A program made the position numbers and the translations under genes. Below, one piece after another: positions 31,307 to 42,370 of a stretch of 64,000 nt of DNA. Position 1 is the first letter of the stretch; each line of letters opens with the position of its first letter. The notes under the pieces were generated by a model that saw only the letters and a program-made list of their open reading frames with translations, did no database searches and had not been told where the DNA came from. Origin of the DNA: an uncultured Actinomycetota bacterium. GTDB taxonomy: Bacteria > Actinomycetota > Actinomycetes > JAHEKZ01. Location of the stretch: positions 480,001 through 544,000 of the forward strand of contig CAVURN010000002.1 in NCBI GenBank assembly GCA_963743915.1, given 5' to 3'.

Positions 31307-31546
31307 TCAAACTGCCTCCGTGTGTGAGCCCGGTGTGTCGCTCGTCACACTCGGTGACTCTTCGGCCACGGACGGTGCCTCCGCCGCGACCAGGCGCAGG
31401 GGCGGGACGAGGCCGGCCTCGGCCAGGACGCCCAGGGCCTGCTGCTCGTCGGCGTGCAGCTGGGGTGGCGCCCCGAGCAGCACCGCCACGACGCAGTCGC
31501 CGCAGGCGTGTCCCCGTACCTGGCAGCCGTCGCACTCGATGATCAT
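31307..31546 (-). CDS. small Cys-rich putative metal-binding protein
   Basis: IECDGC...CGDCVV...LAEAGLVPPLR; RBS GAGGAG. Confidence 0.75.
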   Translation of the reverse strand: MIIECDGCQVRGHACGDCVVAVLLGAPPQLHADEQQALGVLAEAGLVPPLRLVAAEAPSVAEESPSVTSDTPGSHTEAV

Positions 31547-31568
31547 GGTCGGCTCCTCGCTCGATCTC

Positions 31569-31883
31569 TCATGAGCGGGACGCTAGACCGGGCCTCCGAC
31601 AGCCCCTGGGACGACCGGACCCGTCACACGTCCGCCGAGGCCCTCGCCGGGGCTCGGCGGGGCGCGCCACCAGCTCGACCACCCCACCGCCGGCGCACCA
31701 GCGGCAGCTGACCGACTCGATCTCGCCGGCCAGGGTCTGGGACTCCTCGACCACCGGCGAGCCGGACAGCTCCTGGTGCCAGAACTCGCGGGTGCGGCTC
31801 ACCCGCACCACGTCGAAACGGGTCAGGTTGCCGCACTGCGCGCAGCGCCAGCGGGTCTGCTCATCGGGGGCCGCGACGGCCAC
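31569..31883 (-). CDS. conserved Zn-ribbon-like hypothetical protein (3' end may be 31624)
   Basis: WRCAQCGNLTRFDV...CRWC; GTG after GAGGAGG. Confidence 0.75.
   Translation of the reverse strand: MAVAAPDEQTRWRCAQCGNLTRFDVVRVSRTREFWHQELSGSPVVEESQTLAGEIESVSCRWCAGGGVVELVARPAEPRRGPRRTCDGSGRPRGCRRPGLASRS
31580..31601 (-). promoter_or_regulatory. PafBC-type (RecA-NDp) DNA-damage promoter
   Basis: TGTCGG-N10-TAGCGT. Confidence 0.75.
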
Positions 31884-31966
31884 AGGACCTCCTCGGGGGT
31901 GATTCGCCTCCACCTTACGAGCCGGGGGCCGGAGCCGCGGTCATGCCTCGGCGTGGCTGCCTCCGT

Positions 31967-31988
31967 TGTCGGAGGAGACACCTAGCGT
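31967..31988 (+). promoter_or_regulatory. PafBC-type (RecA-NDp) DNA-damage promoter, leaderless
   Basis: TGTCGG-N10-TAGCGT, 7 nt before the GTG. Confidence 0.8.
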
Positions 31989-31995
31989 CAGTCAC

Positions 31996-33725
31996 GTGAC
32001 CCTGCAGCCTGTCTCCGCCGCGTCGGCGGCTCCTGCGGTCCAGGGCACCTTCGACGACCTCGGCACTCCCTTGTCCGACATCACCTTCGTCGTCGTCGAC
32101 CTCGAGACGACTGGCGGATCTGCGGCCAGCTGCGCCATCACCGAGATCGGCGCGGTCAAGGTGCGAGGGGGTGAGGTGCTCGGCGAGATGCAGACGCTGG
32201 TCAACCCCGGCGTCCCCATCCCCGCCTTCATCGCGGTGCTCACCGGCATCACCGACGCCGCCGTCGCCGATGCCCCGCGCATCGGGTCGGTCCTGCCCAC
32301 GTTCCTCGAGTTCGCCCGCGGCGCCACGCTTGTCGCCCACAACGCCCCGTTCGACGTCGGCTTCCTCACCGCTGCCGCCGACCAGCTCGATGTCCCGTGG
32401 CCCCACTTCCCCGTGCTCGACACCGCCCGACTCGCGCGGCGGGTCCTCGACCGGGACGAGGCCCCCAACTGCAAGCTCGCCACCCTCGCCAGGCTCTTCC
32501 GGGCCAGCACGACGCCCACTCACCGAGCCCTCGACGACGCGCGCGCGACGGTCGACGTCCTGCACGGTCTCTTCGAACGTGTGGGGTGCTTCGGCGTCAC
32601 CACCGTCGAAGAGCTCGCCACCTTCTCCACCCGCGTCCATCCTGCGCAGCAACGCAAACGGCACCTCGCCGACCATGTACCGCGCGGCCCTGGCGTCTAC
32701 CTCTTCCGCGACGGACGCGGCCGCGCCCTCTACATCGGCAAGTCGGTCGACCTGCGCCCGCGGGTCAAGCAGTACTTCACCGCCGCCGAGACCCGGCGCC
32801 GGATGGCCGAGATGGTGGCGGCGGCCGAAGAGGTCGTCGCACTGCCGTGCGCCACGCTGCTCGAGGCCGAGGTGCGCGAGCTGCGGATGATCGCCGAGTA
32901 CAAGCCGCCGTACAACCGGCGCTCCCGGTTCCCCGAGAAGGTCTCCTACCTCAAGCTCACCCCCGGGCCGTTCCCGCGGCTCTCGGTGGTGCGCGAGGTA
33001 CGCGACGACGACACCGCGTACCTCGGGCCGTTCGGCTCGCGGCGTCAGGCCGAGGCCGCTCGCGACGCGCTGCACGAGGCGTTCGCGCTGCGGCAGTGCA
33101 CGCAGCCGCTCGGCGTCCGACCCCAGGGGTCGGCGTGCATCCTCGCCGAGATGCACCGCTGCGGCGCACCGTGCGAGGGGCGCCAGAGCAGCGACGAGTA
33201 CGCCGCCATCGTCACGGAGGCCACGCGAGCCATGACCCAGGACGCCCGCCGCGTGGTCGACGCCCTCACCGCCCGGATGGCCCCCTTGGTGGAGCGTCAG
33301 CGGTTCGAGGACGCCGTGGCGCACCGTGACCGGCTGTCCGCGCTGCTCGCCGGAACGGCACGCAGCCAGCGGCTGCGAGAGTCTGGGTGGCTGCGCCGAG
33401 ATCGTGGCGGCGCGCCCGACCGCCTGACCGGGCATGGGAGCTCGCCGTGATCCGCCACGGTCGGCTCGCAGGTGCCGGCGTCGCCGCGCGAGGTGTGGCG
33501 GTCGCCCCCTTCGTCGAGTCCCTGCGCGCCGCGGCTGACCCCGTGGCACCGGCCGCGCAGGGCTTTCCTGCGGCGTCCGCCGAGGAGGCCGAGTGCCTGC
33601 TGCGGTGGCTCGACGCCCCGGGGGTCCGCCTGGTGCACCTCGACGGCGTCTGGGCCAGTCCCGCGCACGGCTCCCGCGGGCTAGAGTCGGCCGTGAGCCT
33701 GAAGGTCGAAGGGAGTGCCCCGTGA
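31996..33725 (+). CDS. DEDD exonuclease / GIY-YIG UvrC-like fusion (Rv2191-like); frameshift near 33395
   Basis: VVDLETTG, AHNAPFD, HRALDD; GVY...YIGKS; UVR motif RFEDA. Confidence 0.88.
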
Positions 33726-34000
33726 TCACCGCGATCGTCTTCGTCCAGTGCGACGTCGACCAGATCCCCTCCGTCGCCGAGAGCATCGTCGAGCTCCCCG
33801 AGGTGAGCGAGGTCTACTCGGTCACCGGCGGTGTCGACCTCATCGCGATGGTCCGGGTGCGCGCCCACGACGAGCTCGCCGAGGTCATCACCGGGCGGCT
33901 CGCCAAGATCCCCGGCATCGTGCACACCGAGACGCACATCGCGTTCCGCGCCTACAGCAAGCACGACCTCGAGGCGGCCTTCTCCCTCGGCCTCGAGTAG
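33722..34000 (+). CDS. Lrp/AsnC ligand-binding domain protein
   Basis: VSEVYSVTG..DLIA...TETHIAF. Confidence 0.85.
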   Translation: MITAIVFVQCDVDQIPSVAESIVELPEVSEVYSVTGGVDLIAMVRVRAHDELAEVITGRLAKIPGIVHTETHIAFRAYSKHDLEAAFSLGLE

Positions 34001-34022
34001 GCCCCTCCCCACCCACTTTCCA

Positions 34023-34076
34023 ACGCCAGGGCGCCACGATGCCCCGTCCTGCGGCGTGACTGTGGCGCTCTGGCGT
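34023..34076. terminator. inverted repeat between convergent genes
   Basis: ACGCCAGGGCGCCAC / GTGGCGCTCTGGCGT, 14 of 15 complementary. Confidence 0.55.
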
Positions 34077-34092
34077 AGGAGCTGGGGGTGAG

Positions 34093-35148
34093 TCAGAGCG
34101 AGCGGGTCGCCTCCACCCAGCGCTCCAGGGCGGCGGACGCCGCACCGTCGTCCACCGCGGACGCCGCGCGCACCAGCCCTGCCTGCATCGCGGCGTCGAG
34201 GTCGGCGACACCGACGCCGGCGGCGTCGTCCAGAGACACGAGCGCGGCCGCCGCGTTCAGCAGCACCGCGTCCCGGATCGGCCCCTGCTCCTGTCCGGCC
34301 AGCACCTGGCGGACGACCTCGGCGTTGTGTGCGCGGTCGCCGCCGCGCAGTGACTCCAGCGGGGCGCGAGCAATGCCCACGCTCTCGGGATCGAACGACG
34401 CGACCTGCACCTGTCCACCCACCACGCGCCAGACGGACGACGTGGTCGAGACCGTCAGCTCGTCCAGGCCGTCATCGCCCCGGAAGACGAGCGCAGCCAC
34501 GCCGCGGTCGGCGAAGACCTGCGCCATCACCGGAGCCATCCGTGCATCCGCACACCCGATGGCCTGCGCGCCCGGTTGCGCCGGGTTGGTGAGCGGGCCC
34601 AGGAAGTTGAAGGAGGTCGGGACACCGATCTCGCGTCGAACCGCAGCCGCGTGCCGCATGGCGGGGTGGAAGACCTGGGCGAAGCAGAAGGTGATGCCGG
34701 CGCGACGCCCGACGTCGGCGACCTGCTCGGGGGTCAGGGTGAGCACGACCCCCAGCTCCTCGAGGACGTCGGCGGTGCCGCAGGCCGAGGACGCGGCGCG
34801 GTTGCCGTGCTTGACCACTCGTGCGCCGGTCCCCGCCACCACGAGGGCGGCCATGGTGGAGATGTTGACCGAGTGCGACCGGTCACCGCCGGTCCCGACG
34901 ATGTCCACGGCAGGGGGTGGAACCTCGATCCGGTGTGCCGCCTCGAGCATCGCCGCGGCCAGCCCTGCCATCTCCGAGGCGGTCTCACCCTTGGCCCTGA
35001 GCGCCACGGCGAACGCCGAGATCTGTGCAGCGGACGCGTCACCGGCCATCACCTGGCCCATCGCCCACTCGGCCTGCGTCGCTGCGAGCCCCTCGCCCCG
35101 GACCAGCGCTCCGAGCACGGACGGCCAGCTCGGCGTCGCGTCTGCCAT
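34093..35148 (-). CDS. trpD: anthranilate phosphoribosyltransferase
   Basis: [32 protein letters not shown]. Confidence 0.95.
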   Translation of the reverse strand: MADATPSWPSVLGALVRGEGLAATQAEWAMGQVMAGDASAAQISAFAVALRAKGETASEMAGLAAAMLEAAHRIEVPPPAVDIVGTGGDRSHSVNISTMAALVVAGTGARVVKHGNRAASSACGTADVLEELGVVLTLTPEQVADVGRRAGITFCFAQVFHPAMRHAAAVRREIGVPTSFNFLGPLTNPAQPGAQAIGCADARMAPVMAQVFADRGVAALVFRGDDGLDELTVSTTSSVWRVVGGQVQVASFDPESVGIARAPLESLRGGDRAHNAEVVRQVLAGQEQGPIRDAVLLNAAAALVSLDDAAGVGVADLDAAMQAGLVRAASAVDDGAASAALERWVEATRSL

Positions 35149-35158
35149 TCGCGCAGCC

Positions 35159-35578
35159 CTACGGGGTGGTGCTGACGCCGCGCGCGGCAGCCCGGGTGCG
35201 CAGCAGCTCGGCGGCCGCAGCGGCGAGCGCGATCGGGTCGATGGGGTGCGTCGCCACGCCGTCCGCCCGCGACCATGAGGCGAGCCAGGCGTCCTGGGAC
35301 GCGCCCGATGATCACCAGCACGGGTGGCGAGCGGAAGATCTCCTGCTTGATCGTGCGACAGACCCCCAGCCCACCGGCGGGGACAGCCTCGCCGTCGAGG
35401 ATGGCCAGATCGATCCCGCCATTGCCGAGGCGTTCCCTCACGGCCCACTCGGTCGCCACGTCGACGAACTCGACGGCGGCAGGTCGGACGCGGGTCGGCG
35501 TCCCAGCGCCAGACGCACCTCGTCCCGCGTGTTGCGGTCATCGCTGTAGACCAGGACGGTCAGCGCGTCGTCGGCCAT
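35159..35578 (-). CDS. single-domain receiver-like protein (frameshifts)
   Basis: [20 protein letters not shown]; position next to ctaE. Confidence 0.75.
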
Positions 35579-35860
35579 GCCGCTCCCCTGCTGCCTGAGG
35601 CCGCCGCCGGCCGTCTGCCGGAGGCGCGTCGTCGTTGCTGATCGTAGCCAGTCATGAGCGCCTCGCCACGCCGGGGCGGAGGCAGCGTGGCTCGCCCTCG
35701 AGGTCACGAAACGGCAACGACCACCCACGGGTCTGACGCGGCGCCACGGCACTTCTGCGTCGCCGCGTCGGACGCCCCGAGTCCGGCGGCCGGCAACACC
35801 CCGCAGACAAACTTCGCCCCCTCTCACCACACGGAGGGCAGAGTCGGCATAATCGGGCGC

Positions 35861-36466
35861 GTGTCGACAGCTACCGCGGCCGAGCCTGCCCAGATCCAGG
35901 CCCCCAACCGGCCCAACCTCGTCAGCGTAGGAACCATCGTCTGGCTCTCCCAGGAGCTGATGTTCTTCGCTGCCCTGTTCGCGATGTACTTCACGGTGCG
36001 TCAGGTGACGCTGCCCGACTCCTGGCCGCCGGACGACGTCCACCTGAACATCCCGTTCGCCTCGGTCAACACACTGGTGCTGGTGTCGTCGTCGCTCACC
36101 TGCCAGCTCGGGGTGTTCGCGGCGGAGCGCGGAGACGTCAAGGGTCTGCGCAAGTGGTTCGTCATCACCTACCTGATGGGCGCTTTCTTCGTCGCCGGCC
36201 AGGTGTTCGAGTACACGGAGCTGGTCCACGAGGGGCTCACGCTCAGCTCGTCGCCCTACGGCTCGGTCTTCTACCTGACCACGGGGTTCCACGCCCTGCA
36301 CGTGACAGGCGGTCTGATCGCCTTCCTGTTCGTGCTCGCCACCACCTACATCGCGCGCCGCTTCGACCATGACCAAGCCACCCGGGCCATCGTCGTGTCG
36401 TACTACTGGCACTTCGTCGACGTCGTGTGGATCGCCCTGTTCGCGACCATCTACTTCATCCAGTAG
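35861..36466 (+). CDS. ctaE: cytochrome c oxidase subunit III
   Basis: [17 protein letters not shown]; CATAAT 7 nt before the GTG. Confidence 0.93.
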   Translation: MSTATAAEPAQIQAPNRPNLVSVGTIVWLSQELMFFAALFAMYFTVRQVTLPDSWPPDDVHLNIPFASVNTLVLVSSSLTCQLGVFAAERGDVKGLRKWFVITYLMGAFFVAGQVFEYTELVHEGLTLSSSPYGSVFYLTTGFHALHVTGGLIAFLFVLATTYIARRFDHDQATRAIVVSYYWHFVDVVWIALFATIYFIQ

Positions 36467-36486
36467 CCACTCACCAGGGACCACTC

Positions 36487-37306
36487 GTGACCTTCATCCT
36501 CGCCCGGCGCCGTAGCCCCTGGGCCACCGCCCTCCTGCTCCTGCTGGCGCTGCTCGCCGTCGGTGGCGTCTATGCCATCGCGGCCGGGTCAGACGCAGGC
36601 CGAGGCCACCACGCCCAGTGCGTCCACCACGCAGATCGAGCAGGGCCGCAAGCTCTTCCTCGAAGGCTGCTCCACGTGCCACGGACTGAACGCCGACGGG
36701 GGCTACCAGCCGGACGGCACCGTCGCCGGGCCGTCACTGATCGGCGTCGGCGCCGCCTCCGTCGACTTCCAGGTCGCCACAGGTCGGATGCCGCTGGCGA
36801 ATCCCGGGGCGCAGGCCATCCGCAAGCCCCCGGTCTACAACGAGGAGGAGATCGCCGCCCTCGCGGCGTACATCGGCTCACTCGGTGCGGGTCCGGCCAT
36901 CCCCGGTCCGGAGCAGTACGACACCACGGGCATCACGCCTGAGGAGCTCGCCCTGGGCGGCCAGCTGTTCCGGGCCAACTGCGCCTCCTGCCACAACTTC
37001 TCCGGCAAGGGTGGGGCACTGACGGACGGCAAGTACGCCCCGGCGTTGACCGAGGTCGACCCCAAGCACATCTACTCGGCCATGCTCATCGGCCCCCAGA
37101 ACATGCCGAACTTCCCGGACACCACGCTGCGCCCCGAGGACAAGCGGGCCATCATCGCCTACATCGAGACGCTGCGGGACAGCCCGAACAACGGCGGCAT
37201 CGACACCGGACGACTGGGACCGGTCACGGAGGGCCTGTTGCTCTGGACCCTCGGACTCGGCGCCCTGATCTCGGTCGCCATCTGGATCGGAGTGAAGGCC
37301 AAGTGA
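36487..37306 (+). CDS. qcrC: diheme cytochrome c subunit of the bcc complex (frameshift near 36590)
   Basis: CSTCH and CASCH, GRMP, MP motifs. Confidence 0.92.
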
Positions 37307-38311
37307 CCATCGAGACCCACGGCGCAGGCGACAGCGACCTGCCCGTCCACAAGCCTCGCCGCGCCGACATCGACCCGCGGGCGGCCAAGCGCGCCGAGCG
37401 CCAGGTGGGGTTCCTGTTCCTCGGCTCGGGACTGGCCAGCGTCGCCTTCATCGTCGCCTACGTGGTCACGCCCGATCGACGAGACGATCCCGCTGCCCTT
37501 CTTCGGTGACACCAACGCGTCCAACCTGCTGCTCGGCATCACCATGGGCCTGGCGCTCTTCCTGATCGGGGCAGCGGCGATCCACTGGGCCAAGAAGCTC
37601 ATGCCGGACGTCGAGATCGTCCACCAGCGCTCGCCGGAGTCCTCCGAGCCCGAGGATCGCGACGCGCTGCTGATCGAGTACCAGCGCGGGGTCGACGAGA
37701 GCGGGATCAAGCGGCGGCCGTTCATCCTCGGCAGCATGATCACCGCCCTGGGACTGGCCGGACTGCCGGCCATCGTGCTGCTCCGCGACCTGGGGCCGCT
37801 GCCCGGCACGGCGCTGCGCACCACGATGTGGACGGCGGGCACCCCCATCCTCGTCGCCGAGACCCACCAGAAGATCCGACCGGAGGACCTCGAGGTCGGC
37901 ACCCTGGTCAGCGCGGTCCCGGAGGGCCTCGAGGAGGTCATGGAGGAGGAGGGCAACCTCAACGAGCTCGCCAAGGCCGCCGTCATGCTCATCCGCATGG
38001 ATCCCAGCGAGATCGTGGCCGACCAGACGCCGTCCGGCGAGGAGTCGTGGACCTACCAGGGCATCATGTGCTACTCGAAGATCTGCACGCACGTCGGCTG
38101 CCCTCTCGGCCTCTACGAACAGCTGACCCACCACATGCTCTGCCCCTGCCACCAGTCGACCTTCGACCTGTCCGACGCCGGCAATGTGATCTTCGGCCCC
38201 GCCGCCCGCTCCCTGCCTCAACTCGCGATCACCGTGGATGAGGACGGATACTTAGTTGCTCGCGAAGGGTTCGCTGAGCCGGTGGGACCGAGCTTCTGGG
38301 AGCGCGGATGA
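37303..38311 (+). CDS. qcrA: Rieske Fe-S subunit (frameshift near 37475)
   Basis: CTHVGC, CPCHQS, GPA. Confidence 0.93.
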
Positions 38312-39986
38312 GTACCAGCAAGGTGGAGCAGGCCGGTGGCGCCGGCTACGTCTGGGTCGACGACCGCGTTCCGGCTGCGAAGTACCTGAAGAAGCAGCTG
38401 AACAAGGTCTTCCCCGACCACTGGTCGTTCATGCTCGGCGAGATCGCCCTCTACAGCTTCATCATCCTGCTGCTGTCGGGCACCTTCCTGTCGCTGTGGT
38501 TCAAGCCCTCGATGATCGAGGTCGTCTACGACGGTTCGTACCTGCCGCTCAACGGCGTGAAGATGTCCGAGGCCTACGCCTCGACGCTCGACATCAGCTT
38601 CGACGTCCGTGGCGGCCTGTCTCATGCGCCAGATCCACCACTGGGGTGCGCTCTTCTTCGTCGCAGCCATCTCCGTCCACCTGCTGCGGGTCTTCTTCAC
38701 CGGCGCCTTCCGCAAGCCGCGTGAGATCAACTGGGTGATCGGTGTCGGACTGCTGACCCTTGCGCTCCTCGAGGGCTTCGCCGGCTACTCGCTCCCCGAC
38801 GACCTGCTCTCCGGCACCGGGCTGCGGATCGCCCAGGGCATCATGCTTTCCATCCCTGTCGTCGGCACGTACATGTCGTTCTTCGTCTTCGGCGGGGAGT
38901 TCCCCGGCACCGACTTCATCCCCCGCCTCTACACCGTGCACGTGCTCCTGGTGCCCGGCATCATCCTGGCGCTGATCACCGTGCACCTGATGCTCGTGTG
39001 GTTCCAGAAGCACACGCAGTACCCCGCCAAGGGACGCACCGAGCGCAACGTCATCGGCTACCCGCTCTTCCCGATCTACACCGCCAAGGCCGGTGGCTTC
39101 TTCTTCGTCGTCTTCGGTGTGACGGCACTGATGGGCGGCCTGTTCCAGATCAACCCGATCTGGCTCTACGGCCCCTACATCCCCGACCAGATCACCGCCG
39201 GCTCACAGCCCGACTGGTACATCGGCTGGCTCGAGGGCGCCCTGCGGATGATGCCGAACATCGAGTTCGTGCTCTTCGGGAACTGGACGCTGAGCCTGAA
39301 CGTCCTCTTCCCGGCCGCCATCTTGCCGGGCATCATCTTCACCCTGCTGGCGCTCTATCCCTGGATCGAGGCGTGGGCCACGGGCGACAAGCGGACGCAC
39401 CACCTGCTCGACCGGCCCCGCAACGCCCCCACCCGCACGGCACTGGGAGCCATGGCGCTGTCGTTCTACATCCTGCTGTGGGTCGAAGGTGGCAACGACC
39501 TCATCGCCAGCACCTTCAGTCGTCAACGTCTTCGCGATCACCTGGTTCATGCGCATCGCGATCTTCGTGGTGCCGCCACTGGTCTTCATCGTGACCAAGC
39601 GCATCTGCTTCGGTCTGCAGCGCCGGGACCGCGACAAGCTGCTGCACGGCTACGAGTCCGGCGTCATCAAGCGCCTGCCCAACGGCAAGTACTACGAGCA
39701 GCACCAGCCGATCTCGGACGAGGAGCGCGCGGTACTCATGGCGCGCGCCAGTGCGCCTCAGCCGCTGCCCATGCCGGAGAAGTACGACGAGAACGGCATC
39801 AAGCAGAAGGGCTACGGAGTCAAGCGTCTGCAGGCGCGACTCTCGCACTTCTTCTACGCCGAGCGGATCCCCATGCCGACGCCGGCCGAGATCGAAGAGG
39901 CGACGCACCACGAGGCCGAGATCACCGCCGAGCGGGACCACGAGATCGACGACTCCCGCGCCAAGGCACTCGCTCCTCGCGAGTGA
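38308..39986 (+). CDS. qcrB: cytochrome b subunit (frameshifts near 38620 and 39520)
   Basis: [19 protein letters not shown]. Confidence 0.93.
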
Positions 39987-40090
39987 CACCCCGAGCCCGC
40001 CGAGATGCGTGGCTGAGTGACGCCTCAGGCCCGCCGGATGCGTGCTGGTGACACTCAGGCCCGTCGAGATGCGTTGGCTCGGTGACGCCC
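39983..40090. repeat. about 3.3 degenerate tandem copies of a 31-34 bp unit
   Basis: gtgac(a/g)c..(ca)ggcccg(c/t)cg(a)gatgcgt..ct repeated without unique spacers. Confidence 0.75.
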
Positions 40091-40103
40091 ACCGGCCAGC
40101 CGG

Positions 40104-40592
40104 CTAGGCCGGACGGCGCGCTGACCGCGCAGCAGGTGCAGCTTGGCCCCGACCACGCTCGGTTCACGCCTCGAGGTCGCGGGCGACGCGAAGGACCGGC
40201 TCGTACCGTGTCGTCAGCTCGAGCTGGCCTGACGCCATCAGCCAGCCCCGGACCCTCGACGCCTCGAGCACGACCGATCCCGGATCGCAGTCCGGACTAG
40301 CACGACCTCGTCGAGAGCCGCTCTCCGGGCGCGTGGGCGACTCAGCGGCATCGGCAGTGTGCTCCACATGGAGGGCACGGGATCGACGAGATGGACACGG
40401 TACCCGCATCCGGCGAGCCAGACGCGTAGACGCCCGATGCCCCACCTACGTCGAGCACGCGCGCAGGCATCGGGGGAGCACCCGACCGAGGATGTCTTGG
40501 GTACGCGCCGCTCGATGGGTGTCGAGACACCGCGGTGAGCCGTCACGCTCGAGACCAAGCGCGTAGTGCGCGAGGATCTCCGGATCGATCAT
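40104..40592 (-). pseudogene. class I SAM-dependent methyltransferase remnant, internally deleted
   Basis: Fragments MIDPEILAHY, RVLDVGGASGVYA, GYRVHLVDPVP, VEGPGW, EPSVVGA in shifting frames; much shorter than expected. Confidence 0.6.
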
Positions 40593-40695
40593 GGAGACAC
40601 ACTAGCGCTCGATAGCGGCGCGGGCGTCGGGACGTCATCCAGCCACGCAGGCACGCATTCGGCGGGCTTGGGGGTGGAGCCGACGGGTGGCGCCG

Positions 40696-41877
40696 CTAGG
40701 AGAGCGCGCTCCCCTGCTTCCACTCCTCCCAGGACATGTTCCAGTCGGTGTAGCCGTTCCACGGCTCCATCGTCCGGGTCCCGTTCACGTACTTCACGAC
40801 GTCGCCCGGCGTGGACAGGTTGTAGAACCAGCTGGCGTTCTCGGTGGACATGCCGGTGCAGCCGTGGCTGACGTTGGCCTCGCCCTGCGACGAGACCGAC
40901 CAGGGCGCAGCATGCAGGTACTCGCCGCTCCAGGTCAGACGCATCGCGTACTCGACGTCGAGCCGGTAGTACTCCGGATCGTTCTCGTCGACATCGATCG
41001 TGGCCGCGTCCATGACGACCTCGCGCTGCTTGGACATGATCACCTTGGTGCCGATCCGGGTGTCCCAACCGGACTTGCCGGTGGTGATCGGAACCGTGCG
41101 GATCACGTCACCGTTGCGCGTCACGGTCATGGTGTGGGCACCGATGTCGACCGTGCTGATCCTGGCGTCACCCACCGAGAAGCGGGCCAGGTCGTTGTCG
41201 TCGCCCCAGACGCCCTTGCCGAGCTCGACACCGGCCAGCTGGGTGCGGACGCTGACATCGGTGCCGGGGCGCCAGTACGTCTTCGGCCGCCAGCGCACCA
41301 TCTGGTCGTTGACCCAGTACCAGCCACCGACCTGCTGGGGAGACGTGGTGACCTTCAACCTCCGCTCCGCGACCGCCTTGCGGGTGACGGGCTGGTCGAA
41401 GGTGACGATGATCGGCATCCCGACGCCCACGGTCGACGCGCCGGCCGGGCTGATCCCGGTGTACGCGAGGCTCTTGGGCTTGACCGTCCGCACGGTGGTG
41501 CGGGTGCGCGTGGCGAGCCCCTCGGCGTCCACCGCACGAGCCTCGACGGTGTACCGGGTGTCGAACGGCAGGGGTGCGGCGTCGGACGCCCAGCGCTGCT
41601 TCTGGTCGCTGAACCCACCGGGCAGCTTGCGGCCGCGCTCGTCGCGGATCACGACCGAGGTCAGGGTGCCTCGCTTCGCCGTGACCACGATGGGCCGGTT
41701 GGGGCTCCAGTCGCGCGACCCCTCCGCCGTCACCCTGATGGTCGCCTCTGACTCAGGGGTGGCCGCGACCCCGGCGGGGCCACCGGCCCCCGCGGTGGTG
41801 CAGGCAGCCAGGAACAGGCAGGCGGACGCCGCCGCTGCCTGAGAGCGCCATCTGCGGGCGCGGATCCTGGTGCTCAC
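40696..41877 (-). CDS. L,D-transpeptidase lipoprotein (Ig-like domains plus YkuD)
   Basis: LAAC lipobox, VGVGMPI, HAAPWS...NVSHGC. Confidence 0.92.
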   Translation of the reverse strand: MSTRIRARRWRSQAAAASACLFLAACTTAGAGGPAGVAATPESEATIRVTAEGSRDWSPNRPIVVTAKRGTLTSVVIRDERGRKLPGGFSDQKQRWASDAAPLPFDTRYTVEARAVDAEGLATRTRTTVRTVKPKSLAYTGISPAGASTVGVGMPIIVTFDQPVTRKAVAERRLKVTTSPQQVGGWYWVNDQMVRWRPKTYWRPGTDVSVRTQLAGVELGKGVWGDDNDLARFSVGDARISTVDIGAHTMTVTRNGDVIRTVPITTGKSGWDTRIGTKVIMSKQREVVMDAATIDVDENDPEYYRLDVEYAMRLTWSGEYLHAAPWSVSSQGEANVSHGCTGMSTENASWFYNLSTPGDVVKYVNGTRTMEPWNGYTDWNMSWEEWKQGSALS

Positions 41878-41967
41878 TTGAGGTCCCCGTAGAAACTTGG
41901 AAGGAGGCGGGTCGTCCCGTCTCCTTCTCACGTCGACACCTGAGGCTACCTTCTCAAGCCCAGAAGT

Positions 41968-42369
41968 TCACTCTCTGGCGAAGTCGCCGACGTAGTACTC
42001 GAAGAGCATGTAGGTGGTGGCGGCCACGAGGGCCACCACGCCGAGGATGATCATCCACCACATCAGGAAGGCGACGCCCAGCGCGGTGACCGCCGACCCC
42101 AGCCCCACCGCCAGCGGCGACCAGCTGTGCGGGCTGAAGAAGCCCTGGACACCGGCGCCCTCGGCGATCTCGCCCTCGTCGTCGTCCTCAGGCAGCGGCT
42201 CGACGCGCTTGGCCGTGAAGAGCAGGTAGAAGGCGACCAGGAACCCCAGCCCGCCGGTGAAGACCAGAGCCGCGGTCCCGGCCGGCTCCTTGGCCATGAA
42301 CCAGTAGACGACTGCGACCAAGCCGAAGAACAGGGCAATTCCGACAAAGAGCCGTCCGGCAGTCCGCAT
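41968..42369 (-). CDS. ctaF: cytochrome c oxidase subunit 4
   Basis: [19 protein letters not shown]. Confidence 0.9.
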   Translation of the reverse strand: MRTAGRLFVGIALFFGLVAVVYWFMAKEPAGTAALVFTGGLGFLVAFYLLFTAKRVEPLPEDDDEGEIAEGAGVQGFFSPHSWSPLAVGLGSAVTALGVAFLMWWMIILGVVALVAATTYMLFEYYVGDFARE

Positions 42370-42370
42370 G

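Noticed and set aside
31915-33786. Long antisense or alternative-frame ORFs (e.g. 31915-33786, 45231-46592, 59696-61402, 9030-10679)
   Set aside because: Shadow ORFs caused by GC3 bias opposite well-supported genes
39983-40090. CRISPR array
   Set aside because: Units are contiguous and degenerate with no unique spacers, and there are no cas genes
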